From Vicugna vicugna (Eukaryota), in the NCBI GenBank assembly GCA_013265495.1, contig MU058423.1:9595627-9659626 (forward strand): 64,000 nt of DNA. Direction: 5' to 3'. The first letter of the stretch is position 1, and each line of letters begins with the position of its first letter. The notes beneath the pieces were generated by a model that saw nothing but the letters and a program-made list of their open reading frames with translations, was not told where the DNA came from and did not search any database. The position numbers and the translations under genes were made by a program. This document shows positions 12,770 to 25,980 of the stretch, piece by piece.

Positions 12770-13220
12770 TCCTACCAGGTGAATCTGGTGAAGCTGTTGC
12801 CCTGCTTCTCTATTCCTCAAGCCACAGGTGACTGCAGACTCAGGCACCCATCCCCCTCTCATGATGATTGTCCAAAGGGATATGCAAGGGGTTGTCTGGG
12901 TCAAACCCAGTCCCTCTTTGGGACTTTTCTAAAGCAGGAGGAGGAGAGCTTGCATTTCTATCTGCTTGCAGACATATCTGCATCATCAGCTCTTCCACCA
13001 CGGAGGACAATGTCCAAAGGAAAGGAGGATGAGAACAGCATATATAGATGTGTAGAGATGACAGTTGGAGGCAGGCACTGATGCAGGTACTTGAGTCCAT
13101 GAAACCAGATATTCCCAAGGCCACCACCTACTTTTTACTTAAGTGAGTCAAAAAGCCCCCTTTTAAATTTTTTTCAGATGAATTTCTACACTTGCAATGG
13201 AAAGATTCCTAATGAATACA
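12770..13220 (+). mobile_element. Old MaLR LTR (MLT1K/L-like)
   Basis: 3' terminus 'ttctacacttgcaatggaaagattcctaatgaataca' is typical of old MLT1. Confidence 0.55.
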
Positions 13221-13949
13221 CTGATCATTTAACAACACTCATTTAGTGTCTAGCCTGGAAGGCTAGACTCTGAGAAGGCCTGGAGTTACACTTTAATGGG
13301 AAATTTGTGATTTAGTTTGCCATCTTGAAATAAGTGGCTGTTCATAAAAGTTTTTAGGTGGGTCTATCTTCTGTGACTGTTGACATAGTCTGGTAAAAGT
13401 GGAGAATTTCATTGGTTGAAAGAGACAGAAACAAAGGGGTATATGAGGGAATCGCTCAGAGCCACTGAGCTAGTCAAGCTTCTTGTGGCTGTCAGCCAGG
13501 CCTGCTCTTGTGGGGACCTGAAAGGCTGATTACAGAACTCACTGTGTGTTTAACAATGTCTTCTTAGAAACAACATCCAGATGTAGCAAGAACATTAGCT
13601 GTAACTTGAAGACCAAATCCAGGTTGAGCCTGAGAAGAGAGTTACTGAGCCCTACTGTAACATGGAGCTACAAGGGCCAGCCTTGGTGAGGTCGGGATGA
13701 CTTCAGTTTCAAGGACTATGTTTCTGCCACGTTGTCTGCCTTGATTCTCCTCTCCCCCTCACTGTCCTTCCTACTGCCACTTTGTCTTGCCTTCGAGTCC
13801 CTGAGTGTTTTCTGGCTCTTGACAACTTCCTTTGGAGACCATATGTGTGTCTGCAACTGTGCTGCCTGGAACCACTGCCCAGGACATGGCACAACAAAAA
13901 CAGGGCAATTCCTTATCAGTGTAAAGAAATAAATTTAGACTCATTTTGA

Positions 13950-14130
13950 TGGAAAACTGGAGTAACAGTGGATTGAGTAAAACAGACCGAAGTTAAAATT
14001 GTATCTCTGCTACTGACTAGCACTGACTGTCATCTGTAAAATGAAAACAATAATGGTAATTGTTTTTGGTAATTGATGTGTCATAAAGGTTATATAAAAT
14101 AATGCATGGTATTGTGCCTGCATAGATTAA
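13950..14130 (+). mobile_element. MIR fragment
   Basis: 'tcatctgtaaaatgaaaacaataatggta'. Confidence 0.6.
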
Positions 14131-14569
14131 AAGTGAAATATATCAATATTTTTTTATAATACAATGGGCCCCAAAGGACTTCTTAACGAGGTCCATTTCA
14201 CAACCAAAAGAAATGAGACCTGAGCAGTTTCTCCTAAGTCTAAGGCTCTTATGTTGTTGGTGCCCCTTTGTTGCCAGCTGCCTTCGACACATTCACACCT
14301 CTAACCACAGTCAGAAGGCAAAGATACTGTATTACGTATAATAAAGACGTAAGACTTAGCACCATAGCAAGCACAGCATGATATACTGTGGTTGACGCAA
14401 TTCTTGAACCGTCTTTCCTTTCCTGAATGTAGAGCTCTGATTAGCTTCTCTGAGCTGGTCTATCCTCTTCCCACATAAAAGATGCAATCCAAGAGAAAAA
14501 AAATGCTGAGAAAACTCATGTGAGTCATTCTCAGGAAGCTAGAATTATTTTAAGGGAGAGACTAACGCA

Positions 14570-14760
14570 GCATTACAGAGTATGGAGATTTGGATCTGGA
14601 CTTTGCCAATTTCGTGCTGTGTGACACTAGGCATATTACTTACTCTCTCCGTGCCTCGGTTTTCTTCACTGTAAAATGAGAAAATAATGTTGTTTGTGAA
14701 ATGAATTGAATTAATGTGTGAAGCACTTGACATCTAGTCATGACTCAATGAATATTAACT
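14570..14760 (+). mobile_element. MIR
   Basis: 'gctgtgtgacactaggcatattacttactctctccgtgcctcggttttcttcactgtaaaatgag'. Confidence 0.85.
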
Positions 14761-15534
14761 GTTAGCTTCTGTGGAGGCCAGCATGAATATTATGATTATT
14801 TTGGGAGACCTGGCTCTCCACTTTCATTTCCTGTTTCCTGTAAGTTTGGAAAACATTGGGAAGTACATTAACTATCTTCAGAGGTAATGATCCATTTGAA
14901 AGTTCTCAGGGATGTCTAAGCAGGTTAATATTATGTGGTATTTCATTTGGAGGAATTAAATTTCAAGGCTCAAGGGCAGTGTGTTCCTGTATTTAATGAG
15001 GAAAGTTGTCAAAAATGCTTTTGTGAACTGTTGAAAATCTATGGTTCAATTCTTAAGAAGGGAGAGTAGCCGTCATTAAGTTGAGCAGGTTTTGAAGGTA
15101 TTTCAGGGATCATTTTGGTGCAGTCTTTGTGACATTTTGTTAAACAAGTGGCCAAAAAGTATTGAATGTAGCTTAATCATCATCACCAAATCTAACAAAT
15201 TTTTGTTAGTTTGTTCATTTTAGGAATTTGTCAGCCAGGAAGCAGCAGACTTTGCCTCGCTAAGATGTTCTGACCTAGAGTAATAATTCCCTATTTCTGG
15301 AACCTGATGGGCCTGAAATGATGCTCTAGGGAATAGAAGCCCTTAAAAAAAGAAGAAAACAGAACATAGTGTAACTCCATTTTTAGGTACTTTTGATAAG
15401 CAAATCTTAGGAGGCACTGGCTTCAAAATGGCCACACTGGGGTTAACTAGTTGGACACCAGCCATTCTTCTGGGGGAACGTGCTGAAAGGCTTTTATTCT
15501 ACATTAAGCAAAAATACCCAAAGGATGCCTGGGG

Positions 15535-16197
15535 CAAACAACAAAATGAAAAATTGGCCTACTGAATGGGAGAAGATATTTGTAAATGATATGTAAGCCC
15601 CAATAAGGGATTAATATGAAATATGTATAAAGAACTCATACAACTCAACACCAAAAAAATAGTAACCTGACTAGACGTATTTTCCAAAGAAGATGTACAG
15701 ATGGCCAACAGACACATGAAAAGATGCTCAGCATCACTAACCATGAGGGAAATGCTGATGAAAACCACATGAAATACCACCTCACACCTGCCAGAAGGGC
15801 TATTATCAAAAAGAACAAATAGCAAGTGTTGGCAAGGATGTGGAGAAAAGGGAACCTTCGTGCACTGTTGATGGGACTGTAAATCAGTACAGCCATTATG
15901 GAAAACAGTATGGAGACGCCTCAAAAAATTAAAACTGGAACTGCCATACTATCCAGCAATTTCACTTCTGGGTATTTACCTGAAGAAAGCAAAACTCTAA
16001 TTTGAAAATATGTATGCACCCCAATATTTATTGCAGTATTATTTATAATAGCCAAGATATGTAAGCATCCTGTTTCCATTAGTAGATGAACTGATAAAGA
16101 TGTGTTATATGTGTGTGTGTATATATATATATATGTATATATACAGTATATGTACATACAATGTATATACAATGGCAATCACTCAACTATAAAAATA
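15535..16197 (+). mobile_element. L1 fragment (ORF2 3' end), younger laurasiatherian type
   Basis: 'gaatgggagaagatatttg...aaaagatgctcagcatcactaa...ccagcaatttcacttctgggtatttacc'; embedded TG/TA microsatellite about 16101-16170. Confidence 0.92.
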
Positions 16198-17560
16198 ATT
16201 GGCTTTGTATCCTATGATTTTGCAAAATTCATTTACTAATTACAATATTTTTTGGAGATTCCTTTGGATTTTCAATGTGCAAAATATCTGAAAATAACTG
16301 CAGTTTTTGTTCTTTCTTTCCAATTTTTATTTGTATATATATTTTTACTGCCTTAGTATTCTGGCTAGGACTTCTGGTACAATGTTGTACAGTAGTGGTC
16401 AAAGTAGACATCCTTAATTTCTTCTCTAACTCAATTGGAAAGCATTCATATTACTATAGGATGATGTTAAATATTTGGGGGGATATTCTTTATCAAATTT
16501 TCAAAGTTCCTTACTATTCCTAATTTGCTGAGAGAACTCAGCATAAGTGGGGCTTGAGTTATCAAACATATTTTCTGCCTCTAAGAAGCATTAAGATGAT
16601 CTTATTCTTTTTCCCTTTTATTCTGTTAATACAAACAATGATTAATCAAATCCTTTGCTTTTCAAATGTTAATCCAGTCCCTTGAATCCCTAGGATATGT
16701 CCCATTTGTCATGTTTTTTGTGTTGTTTAAATAATTTATTTTCTTAAAAATATTGAGTTTATTGATGGAATTTTTCCCTTACTATCCTCTTACTTGTCTT
16801 TAATGTCTATGGGATCTGTAGCAAAGGCCCTATATCCATTTTTGCTCTCGGTTATTGTATTTTTCTCTGACCAATCTTGATAGAGTTTATTAAGTTATTC
16901 AAGGAACTAACTTTTAGCTTTGCTATGGTTTCTTTTGTACATTAATTTTCTGTTTTATTTAACTTGGCTCTTATCATATAATTATTTCTTTCTTTTTGCT
17001 CTATTTTCATTTAATTTACTTTCTTTTTTAGCTCCTTGCAAAGGCTCATTAATTTTAATACTTTTTAAAAGATGCATTAAGCCAATAAACATTTTTTTAA
17101 ATGTGATTTTAGCTACATTTCACAATAGCGTTTTAATTTTCACTTAGTTAAAAACGTTTTCTAATTTTCATTTTAATGTATTCTTCAATCTGGAGCTATT
17201 TAGAAGTTTCTTGTTTAATATCCAAACATTTGAGAAATTTTCTTTTATCTTTTTGCTCTTGATTTCCTACTTCATTCTTAATCTTCAAAGAACGTATTTA
17301 TGATCTCATTTTTTTTGAAGTGTGTTGTTTGCTTTGTGGATATAAGCATGCACACATGGAACTGTTATACCTTCCTGTTGAATTGACCTTCTTGTCACTG
17401 TGAAATGTCCCTCTTTATCTTCAGCAATATTTATTGACTTATCGTCTGCTTTTTCAGATATTAGTTTGCTATACCATATTTCTTTTAGTTTTATTTCTGT
17501 GTATAATGTTCTTTTACTTTAATACTTTCTGTGCCCTCATTTTTAAAGCATGCCTCATAA
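16198..17560 (-). mobile_element. Old L1M ORF2 fragments
   Basis: 'ttgtatcctatgattttgcaaaattcatttact...ggctaggacttctggtacaatgttg...aaagttccttactattcctaatttgctgagag'. Confidence 0.8.
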
Positions 17561-18469
17561 CTATATCTATACATTTATATCTATGTCTATACACACACAT
17601 CTATATCTATGCCTAAATCTATCTATATGTTGAGTTTAAAAAAAATCCTGCTTCATAAATAAAGGGAAAGGTTTCTCAGATAAAGTTTCTTTACTGAGCT
17701 GTAAAATATCTCGTGTGGCCTCCTAACACCTGCTCAATGCTTTGTAATCTCCATTACCATTATGACTCTTCCACTCTGGGAAGTATTTCAGAAAGGAAAA
17801 GAAATGGAGTAGGAAAAGGACTATGGGAAGAAAAAGGAATATGAGAAGTGAAGGGGAGATGGGTAGAAAGAAGTGCCATATTTTTTAAAGATTGTTCCTC
17901 CTCTACTCTCTCTCCTGTCCTTCCTTGACTCCACTTACACATCTGTTTGACCTTCTCATGAATCCTTTGTTTCTCAGCCCCTTCATTATTCCATCTTTCT
18001 GTCTCCTCATGCTTCTTCTGGATATGTTCTTCTTACATGTTTTCTAGTTCACTAATTTTCTCTTCAGTTATGTATAATGTACTATTAACTCTAGCCACTT
18101 TCTTAGTTTATCACTGTATTTTCATGTTTTATAAAACCATATCTTCTTGCAAAGTGCAGTTCTTCTTTTTCCAAATCCTCTCTTGATAGCAATTTCCATT
18201 TATTTTACCTGAGGAACATTTACAGCAATTTCCCAAACCTTGACTGATAATGACTAATATTTAACACAAAAATAATTTTGCATCTCAATTCTCTAGGGAT
18301 TTCTTCCTCTAAGATGATGACTGTGCCTAAATAGTATCAAAATATCACAGCAATTTGTCCAACATGGTTAAATCTGATTAAGAAAAAAAAATGAAAAGAC
18401 AGAAAAAAAAAGAGTATTTAAGCTCTTCTTAAATAAATGCCAATATTTTCTTAGTCTGTAGACACCATG

Positions 18470-18930
18470 TTATTATCCCCTCTGGAGCAGATAGATAGCA
18501 ATTACGTTGTCCCCATTTGCACCTTCTATCTTTTCCAGAAAATGCTTCTACTCTCTGTCTCTCCACAGTGTGGAGGCCTGGAATTTCAAGCAGATCCTAC
18601 TTCTCTGGTTTCAATCTGCTATTCAGAAGTGCATGCCTACCTGAAGCTGGGCCAGTCAGAGCTCTTCTCTGGGATTTTAAAATTTTGGATTGGAGACACT
18701 AGATTCCAGATCCCCTTTAACCAAGATTGCATATGCAGTTCTGAGTAGGAATGGAAATGGACTTTAACCTGGGGAAAAGCTGGTTTATAGGAGATACAAA
18801 GAAAACCAATAAACAGAAACAGAGTCACCTAGAGGACTTCCTGTCCACCTGCTTGGTTACCTAGTCAATAAATCCTTATCTGCCTAAGTTAGTTTCTGCC
18901 AGTCACATCTGGAAGAACTCTGACTAAAGT
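18470..18930 (+). mobile_element. Old MaLR LTR (MLT1K/L-like)
   Basis: 'ctgaagctgggccagtcagagctcttctctgggatttt' and 3' 'caataaatccttatctgcctaagttagtttctg...tctgactaaa'. Confidence 0.55.
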
Positions 18931-19321
18931 ATTCTCTTTTTGCTTTCCTGAAGACTGAAAGTAACAGAGTAGAATTTATAGTTTGAATCATTATGGCTTA
19001 ATCCAAAGATCTTTCCTATTTCATAAGTCTTTCTAACTTTCACATTCATTTCTTCAATAGAAGCAGCTTAGTATATTGGAAAGCACAGCAGTGAAGACGT
19101 TTGACTGTCCAGAAAGTTAATTTTCCTCTCTGAGCCTCTGATTTCTCACCTACATAATGGAGTGAATAGTTGCTTATCACACAATGTGTGGCAAGGACTG
19201 ACTGAATGGATACAACTGAAAAAAAAAATCGTAGAAAGCACAAGATCCTAAAAGGAAGACAAGGCAAGTATTATCACAGTTTTTCAAAGAGAAAACAGCT
19301 TAGAGAATTCAATAACTCAAA

Positions 19322-19767
19322 TGTAGAATGGTGCTATGAACACGGCCAGTGCCTTCCTCAGTTTCACACTGTGGACTTCTCAGTGGGTTTCCAAAGCCAC
19401 AGTGGCCCCTCAGCTCCCCTGAATTGGAGCAGGTTGGAAATGAGAGAGGAGTTAATTTATCTGGTGGCAATTCTCAAGCAGTGAGGATGTGAGCAGGTAT
19501 ATAAATGCCCTGTCTCCTTGTCCTTCAGTGAGATAAATCTGGTGCATGTTCTACATGGTTCCTCTGTGGGTCGCCAGGGGCATTGGAACCCCAGTTGTCC
19601 TAAGTGGTAACCAGCTAAATGAGACACTCTTTATTGCCTTTTCCTCCTTCCTAGATTACTCTCCCTGCTCCCTTACTTCTGCTTGTTCCAATCTTGTCCC
19701 AAATAAACTTCTTGCAACCTGGGTGACGTCATCTCAGATGCTGCTCAGGGGACTCAGGGATAAGATG
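19322..19767 (+). mobile_element. LTR16-family ERVL LTR
   Basis: TATA-like 'gtatataaatgccc', then 'ccccagttgtcctaagtggtaacc', then AATAAA in 'cccaaataaacttcttgcaacc...tctcagatgctgctcagggg'. Confidence 0.75.
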
Positions 19768-22434
19768 GCACAGTGTATGTTTAATTGTCCAAATCAACCA
19801 AAAGGAGAAAAGGCACTGACAACACTAACACTTATCAATACTAACATCTGAGGACTCATTGGACCCCCAAATATGACCAGAAACCCCCAGAAAACAGGAT
19901 TTTTGTTGGATAAACTCAACTATATTAAACCAGAGTAATCAAAAATTTCTATTTGTCTTAGCATGAAGATTGTCATACATAAATACACAAGTAAACAAAT
20001 CCATACATACACTTTCACACAGTCTGTGGACGTATTTGCAGATTATTCTTTTTTTTTTTTCACCAGATTGTTCTTATTTGTGCTATTAGTCATCTGATCC
20101 TAGTGGGTGGCGGTAAAGAAGAAGTCTGCTCACTTCGATCAATCTACGAATTAGCTAAATAGATGGACAGTTAAGAGATGGATTATTCTCATGTCTTTTT
20201 ATAAATGAAATATTTTTAGTTTTTATTAAAGTAGCAGTAAATACACTTATACTAGAATTAAACAAGGAAGGAAATCCATCTCTCTCTTTCAAGAAATCAG
20301 TTCCGTTTTTCATTGAGCCCCATACTGCCCACTGCCTCCTCTTACTCTCCTGCTTTAGAATCAACTATCAAGCATTTCATGAAATGGAATCAATTTTGAT
20401 GTACATTTAGGATGAGACTGCCATAATATAACTGATTGTTCTAGCAAAGAAAAGAATATATTTGCCAAGAGAAAAATACTTATGTGTAAACTAAACATGA
20501 TTACCATGGTTTGTGTAGAAGGGCATTATTTTTTAATTACTAATGAGTATTTTCCCCTTACATTTCCTTTTCCTCTTTGACCTTTCCTCCTTTCAAGCAG
20601 CTATGCAGTTTCACAGGGAAAACTCAGAGCAACATATAGAAAGAAAGTCTCTTTTGCTCCTCAGAGGACTATGTTTATTAGTCTGTTTATAAATAAAATG
20701 ATGTTTCTAATTTTTATTAACTGATATAGAAGGCAGTGAAATAGAATCAAACATGTTTATACTTGAATGAAACATGGGAGGTTCAGATCTCACTTTAAAT
20801 AATCCTGTTTTTTCCCACTAAACCTTAAACTAAATGTATCACATCCACGTCCTCTCCTCAGAGGAACAAAAGTTGGTCATAGTATTGCTGAAAGGCGTAA
20901 GAGGAACTATGAAGAGGAAAAACCCTCCCACCCACACCGCACCCAGGAAGGGTCCCTGAGTGTGGAAGAGAGAGGAGAAGCGGAGGGGAAGTGATGAGTG
21001 CAGCCGGTGTAGTCCAGGGTGACAGGGCCCTCAGCTCGCTTCCAGGCCTGAGCCCCAGGGAGGCAGGAGAACAAAACCCAGCAGAGTGTGAAGCCCAAGG
21101 AGGGGGGAAGACAGTGCCTCCTTTCCTAGCGAAACCTCTGGAAAGAGCAAGACCTCAGAAAACTGAGTTGACTGAGCAGCATATCCCAGAATACAGGGAC
21201 CTTAAAACAGAATAACTAAGATTTCCACAGTCTGTGGAAAGAATTGTTAATTTACGGGCACCTAACAGGAACACGGAAGGAATGGTGACAGTTACTGGCT
21301 CTGATTGGGTCTTGTTGACAAGAACCAGGAGAAGCTCAGTGATACCGGGCCAGTGACAGAGACTCAGGTGGGATGATGGGCATCTCTGGAATCCAGTGCC
21401 CACAGCAGACAAGGCCAGAGGCCTCCTCTCCCCTCACAACACCTTGGCCCTACGTAAGCTCCCTGGTGTTTCAGTGCAACTCAGAGGGAGAATGGAGGGG
21501 CCACTGAACTGGTTAAGGTTAAATATTCACCTTTCTGGAAAAGTAAGGGCACAAAACAGAAATCATGTTAAATTATAGAAAAAAGAGGATTTTTCAGTAT
21601 TCTCCAATGTACACGAATATATGGTAGACATACTAATCACAATTGTGTTTTTCATAGAAATTTTGTTTGATTAAGTGACATATTTCTTCTTTCTTCTAGC
21701 TTAAAAAATAATAAAACAAGCTCTTTACAAAGAACATTAATGTGATTTTAAAAAACCATTGTCAAACCAGAAAAAAAAAAAACACCAACCTGGAAAACCC
21801 AATCATGTTGAAGTTTTAAAAGAAACTGAGGGCTGCTTACTTCTTTTCGACTTTTGCCTCCTTTATCTGGGAACATGCTGTAATCATGACACTTCTGTTT
21901 TTGTACACTCAGGCCTAAAACTCACATATTGTCTTCATATTACTAAAAGCTTTTGGTCTGATTCATTAATGTCACACTACAGAAAGATGGCTGTATTTTT
22001 GCTTGACTCTTATGTACCATTTGACAGCTTCCCACTCAGAGAGAATTGGCAGGCTGGCTGGGTAGTTACTGTGCTCTACAAAGAGAACTGTTCCAAGGAA
22101 ACATTCGTTCAACAGGAAGGGGAGAATGAAACTCACAGATTCCAGCACAACATGAATTGATTTACTTCAGACAGTGAAAATCTCCCTGTGAAGGTTATGT
22201 AATTAAGAGCCTTCTCATTTAAATTCCTCTACATTTTCTTTAAAGAAGTAAAATTTCTTTCATGAAGAAAATTAGAATAATTTCTCCACCCTCACTCCTC
22301 TGTCAGTATACCTATTACTTAAATTATGATAATTGTGCTTAAGAAATGTCAGTGCTGATTTATCCCCAGATGGGGCCCCCCTCCCACTTCCATTTCTGCT
22401 CACACATTCACTTTGTAAATTGCTTTTTCAGGTA

Positions 22435-22680
22435 CTCAAGTGTGAATTGGCCTTTCTGTATCGTTGGCCTTTGCAATGTGACCTTGCAGATTCTACCATC
22501 AAGAGGTAAGTCTGTTTCCTTACTCTGTAAGTCTGAGCCGGCCTTGTGACTTGCTTTGGCCAACAGAGTGTGGTGGAAGTGGCACTGAACCACTTCTGAG
22601 CTCAAGCCTCAGGAGTCATACAAGCTTGTTTTTTTCTATTGAAACCACACCATTATGCCACTGACGTGGGAATAAACCCA
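22435..22680 (+). mobile_element. MLT1 (H/I-like) LTR fragment
   Basis: 'ccatcaagaggtaagtctgtttcc...tctgagccggccttgtgacttgctttggccaacagagtgtgg'. Confidence 0.8.
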
Positions 22681-23363
22681 CGTTGAAGGTTAAGGCTTCA
22701 ACTTACGAGTTTTGGATAAATAATTCAATTTATAACAGTGTCTAGTGAGATCATATGGTTCAACTCTTAGGTAATATGTATCTACATCTAAATTTTCCTA
22801 ACAAAGAGGATCAAAAACCCTATTTAAAATATTCCCAGAATCGATGATTCAACAACCTTTGTGGTAATAATTCATTTCTTTTAGAGTCAGTAGGTTATTG
22901 CTTAGGTATACTTAGAAATTTTTTCAATTTGTTGAAATTAATTCTTTCAATGTAATTCAACATTTGTACTCCCTTCTGTACAGTTAGGGAATGAATGATT
23001 GTTGTGTTATCAAAATCTTATTTCTTGAATACAGAAGGGACGTATTACTTCCCCTCCTCATTGTGTTTATTGACATTCAACTTCATGATTTCAAGGACGA
23101 CATCTAAAACCACTGGTAGTACTAGGGTCTCTAGACATTCTTCCTTGTAGGCAACATTTGAAATTTTCTTAAATTAAGTAACTGGTTATATAAAGCATGC
23201 TGTTTCCATGGCATTCACAAGATAAAATTCAGAACTACATAAACCACTTCTTCGACAGAAGGAAAAACACATACAAAAAATTTTTCTTTAGGATAAGAAC
23301 CAAAAGTATGTTAATTTTAGTTGATACAGTCAAAGTTTATAATCATAAAGGAGCTGATCTATA

Positions 23364-23368
<5 letters not shown>

Positions 23369-23398
<30 letters not shown>
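23369..23398. repeat. (TA)15 microsatellite
   Basis: Counted directly. Confidence 0.95.
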
Positions 23399-23401
<3 letters not shown>

Positions 23402-23439
23402 TACGTAGATCTTTCTCTTATGTGTTATATTGCACGTAC

Positions 23440-23977
23440 TGTTGTGGCAACAATGGCTGCAGGCTGGTGATGCAGGTTGGTAAAAGAATTTACCAGAGGC
23501 CAAGGAAAGTTTAAGAATGAGGAACAGTTTAACAATAAAGCTGCTGTAGACAACAGGGGGCCTCCCAGGTGAGAGGCGGCTGCCAGAGTGCCAAGGGTGG
23601 GCGCACAGGGTCTTTTATTGGGGGAGGAGGCTGTGCACACAAGGAGTAGAGGAGCTGCATGATCTATTCGTGCACAGGTACCTGATTGGTTGTAAAATCT
23701 GTCAGGAGCTACTCTGAGTAATAGAATTTACTGACTCTGCTAAGGACAGGAAATGAGACCTGTCTGCCTAGGGCATTGTGGGGCTATTTCTTGGGGCAGT
23801 TTAGCTTTTGTTAGGGTAAACATACATCCAGAAAAGATGTTTTTATCCTGCAGAAATGAAGCTATGCAAAGGGTCCTGCAGTGGGAAGTAGGGATTAAGG
23901 TGTCAGTGAGCTGCAGGCACAGAGAGCCGAGGGGTGAGGGTTCTGTGACTCCAAAGAGCGCCAGCTCGCTCTACACA
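23440..23977 (-). mobile_element. Solo ERV LTR (family unassigned)
   Basis: GC-richer 538-bp block bounded by TG...CA in AT-rich context; reverse AATAAA ('ttttatt' about 23613) and CCAAT ('gattggtt' about 23684); TSD imperfect. Confidence 0.6.
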
Positions 23978-24139
23978 GTGTCTCTACACTATAAGCACAC
24001 ACTTGTTTGTGTATATACTACGTATGCACATATCTGTATAGATATGGTGTAGTAATCTTTGTGCAATGGCTTTAGTCATTTTCTTAAGAGTACATTGTAC
24101 TGATCTCTGCCCGTTTTCTTTAATAATATTCTTGAATTA

Positions 24140-24500
24140 ATTTCATTGATTCATTTATTCTCCAAATTAATAATTAGTGAGATCCTATAATGTATTAGGT
24201 TCTAGTCTAAATTCCAAGAATATGGTGGTAACCCAAATAAGACAAAGACCCAGCTCCTAGGAATCTTATAGTCTAGTGGGAAGAAGACAAGACAAAATGA
24301 ATATAAAATACACTGTTTAGTACCTCTCTGTGTTATGAAGAAAAATAAATCAAGATAAGTGGAGACTGGAAAAGGGTCAGGAATATTCTCTCTGAAGACA
24401 TGTGATTTGAGCAGAGATCTAACTGGAGTAAGGGGACAAGTTATATATATTATCTGGTGGCAGGAAGATGCAGGCAGCAGACACAGCAAATGTCAAGGCT
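24140..24500 (-). mobile_element. L2 fragment
   Basis: 'ttcattgattcatttattc...ggaatcttatagtctagtggg...gtgatttgagcagagatct'. Confidence 0.75.
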
Positions 24501-24969
24501 TGAAATAGTAACAATTTCACTTTAAAATTTTTAGCTCAAGTACTATTTCCTAGTCCTTTATTGTTTTTTAAATAGGTTATTGTTTTTTTAATGGGTTTTA
24601 GGGTTTTTTTATTTTTATTTTTTATTCTATTTATTTTTTTTTTTAAGTGAGATTCAGAATGTAGCAAGGGATAACTCTCTATAAAGAGACTGAAGAATGG
24701 CCTCACTGGAGATTTCTAAAAGCAGGGTGTGCTTAAGGATTTGAAAGAATTTGTCTGGCTTCTCCAGTCCCATCACATTGTCCCAGAGATGAATTAAGGC
24801 AGAGGTTTATAGATCTCCTGGTCACTTTCTGCCCCTCTGCCTATCATCAATGCATTAAAAGTGTTTATTGCCACCTAAGATATTTCAGGCACTGTATTAG
24901 AAGCTGACAATACTAACTGACAAGTAAACCCTGCCACCACAATGTTGTTTATCCCTACGTGAGGTCACC

Positions 24970-25265
24970 TGTCATAGTGGTAAGAACACAGGTTCTGAAG
25001 TCAGACTGAAAGGATTTATATTCTGGGAATTTTCATGTCACAGAGTTTATGTTAATTTATGCTTCAAAAGTCCAGTTTGCAAAATGGGTTTTTATTCATT
25101 CTGCAAACATTTATTAGGATATTTCTAGGTATTATAGGTGCTTTGGGATGCAAGAGCTAAAAAAACAGACAAAAATAAAATAATAATTAATGCAAATGTT
25201 TCAGGATTCTATAAGACGATATGTACAGTGCCTGAGGCACAGTAACTAACTATTAGATAAATGTT
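24970..25265 (+). mobile_element. MIR with an inserted reverse L2 tail (about 25090-25180)
   Basis: 'atagtggtaagaacacaggttctgaagtcagactg'; 'attcattctgcaaacatttattag'; 'acagtgcctgaggcacagtaa'. Confidence 0.6.
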
Positions 25266-25532
25266 AGACACAGATTTCTTATATTGGTAAATATAAAGCC
25301 CTAATTAAAGATACTTGAATTGACTAGAATATTCCTACAGAGCAGGAAGAAACCTGGGTTACAGTCTGAAGATACAGAAGATGTTGTTAAAGTCATGCAT
25401 AATCAAAAGGGAAATAGTTAATAAAGAAAAATGGGAACAGCTGGATGTCTGAGTTCTCTTCCTAACTTCTGAGGCTGGCGCTGAGTAGCAGCCATGCCCT
25501 TCCCCATTCCTCTCCCTGTCTGGGGCAAAGCT

Positions 25533-25980
25533 GCAAGATATTTGCCCAGTATCCATCCCCCTGCTTTCCTCTTAGTTCCCAGTTTTGTTTAGGTTATCCT
25601 GCTTCATAAAAACAAAAGTACCACCACTTCCCAGCCTTCCTGGCAGCCAGGGGTGGCAATGAGATGAGATAAGAATTTACCGCGTGAAGCTTCTAAGAAA
25701 GGTCTTTAAAAGAAGGAGGGACTCAGCTTGCACGTGCCTTTTACCCTTCAGTGCCCCTTCTCCAGCACTGCATGCTGGGTGTGAAGCAGCCGTCTTGTGA
25801 TCATGAGGTAACCATCCAAACAGAAGCGAACACCTGAATGGCGAGGTGGAAGGCTAGAGTGAGCCTGGGTCCCCAGTGGCATTTTTGAGTTGTCAAATCT
25901 GCCCTGCATTTCCTGCTTAGAACCTCTGTTATGTGTACAAAACTTACCTAAACTCACTTAAGTCACTGTTACATTCTGGA
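25533..25980 (+). mobile_element. MLT1 (I/J-like) LTR
   Basis: 'ccacttcccagccttcctggcagccaggggtggcaatgaga...gcagccgtcttgtgatcatgagg'. Confidence 0.7.

Noticed and set aside
20066..20162. Plus-strand exon after a poly-T acceptor (IVLICAISHLILVGGGKEE...)
   Set aside because: No good donor, in-frame stop soon after, and no recognisable protein
21759..22160. 133-aa ORF (and similar 27068-27460, 60508-60894)
   Set aside because: No recognisable domain, no supporting splice structure, and length within chance expectation for 64 kb
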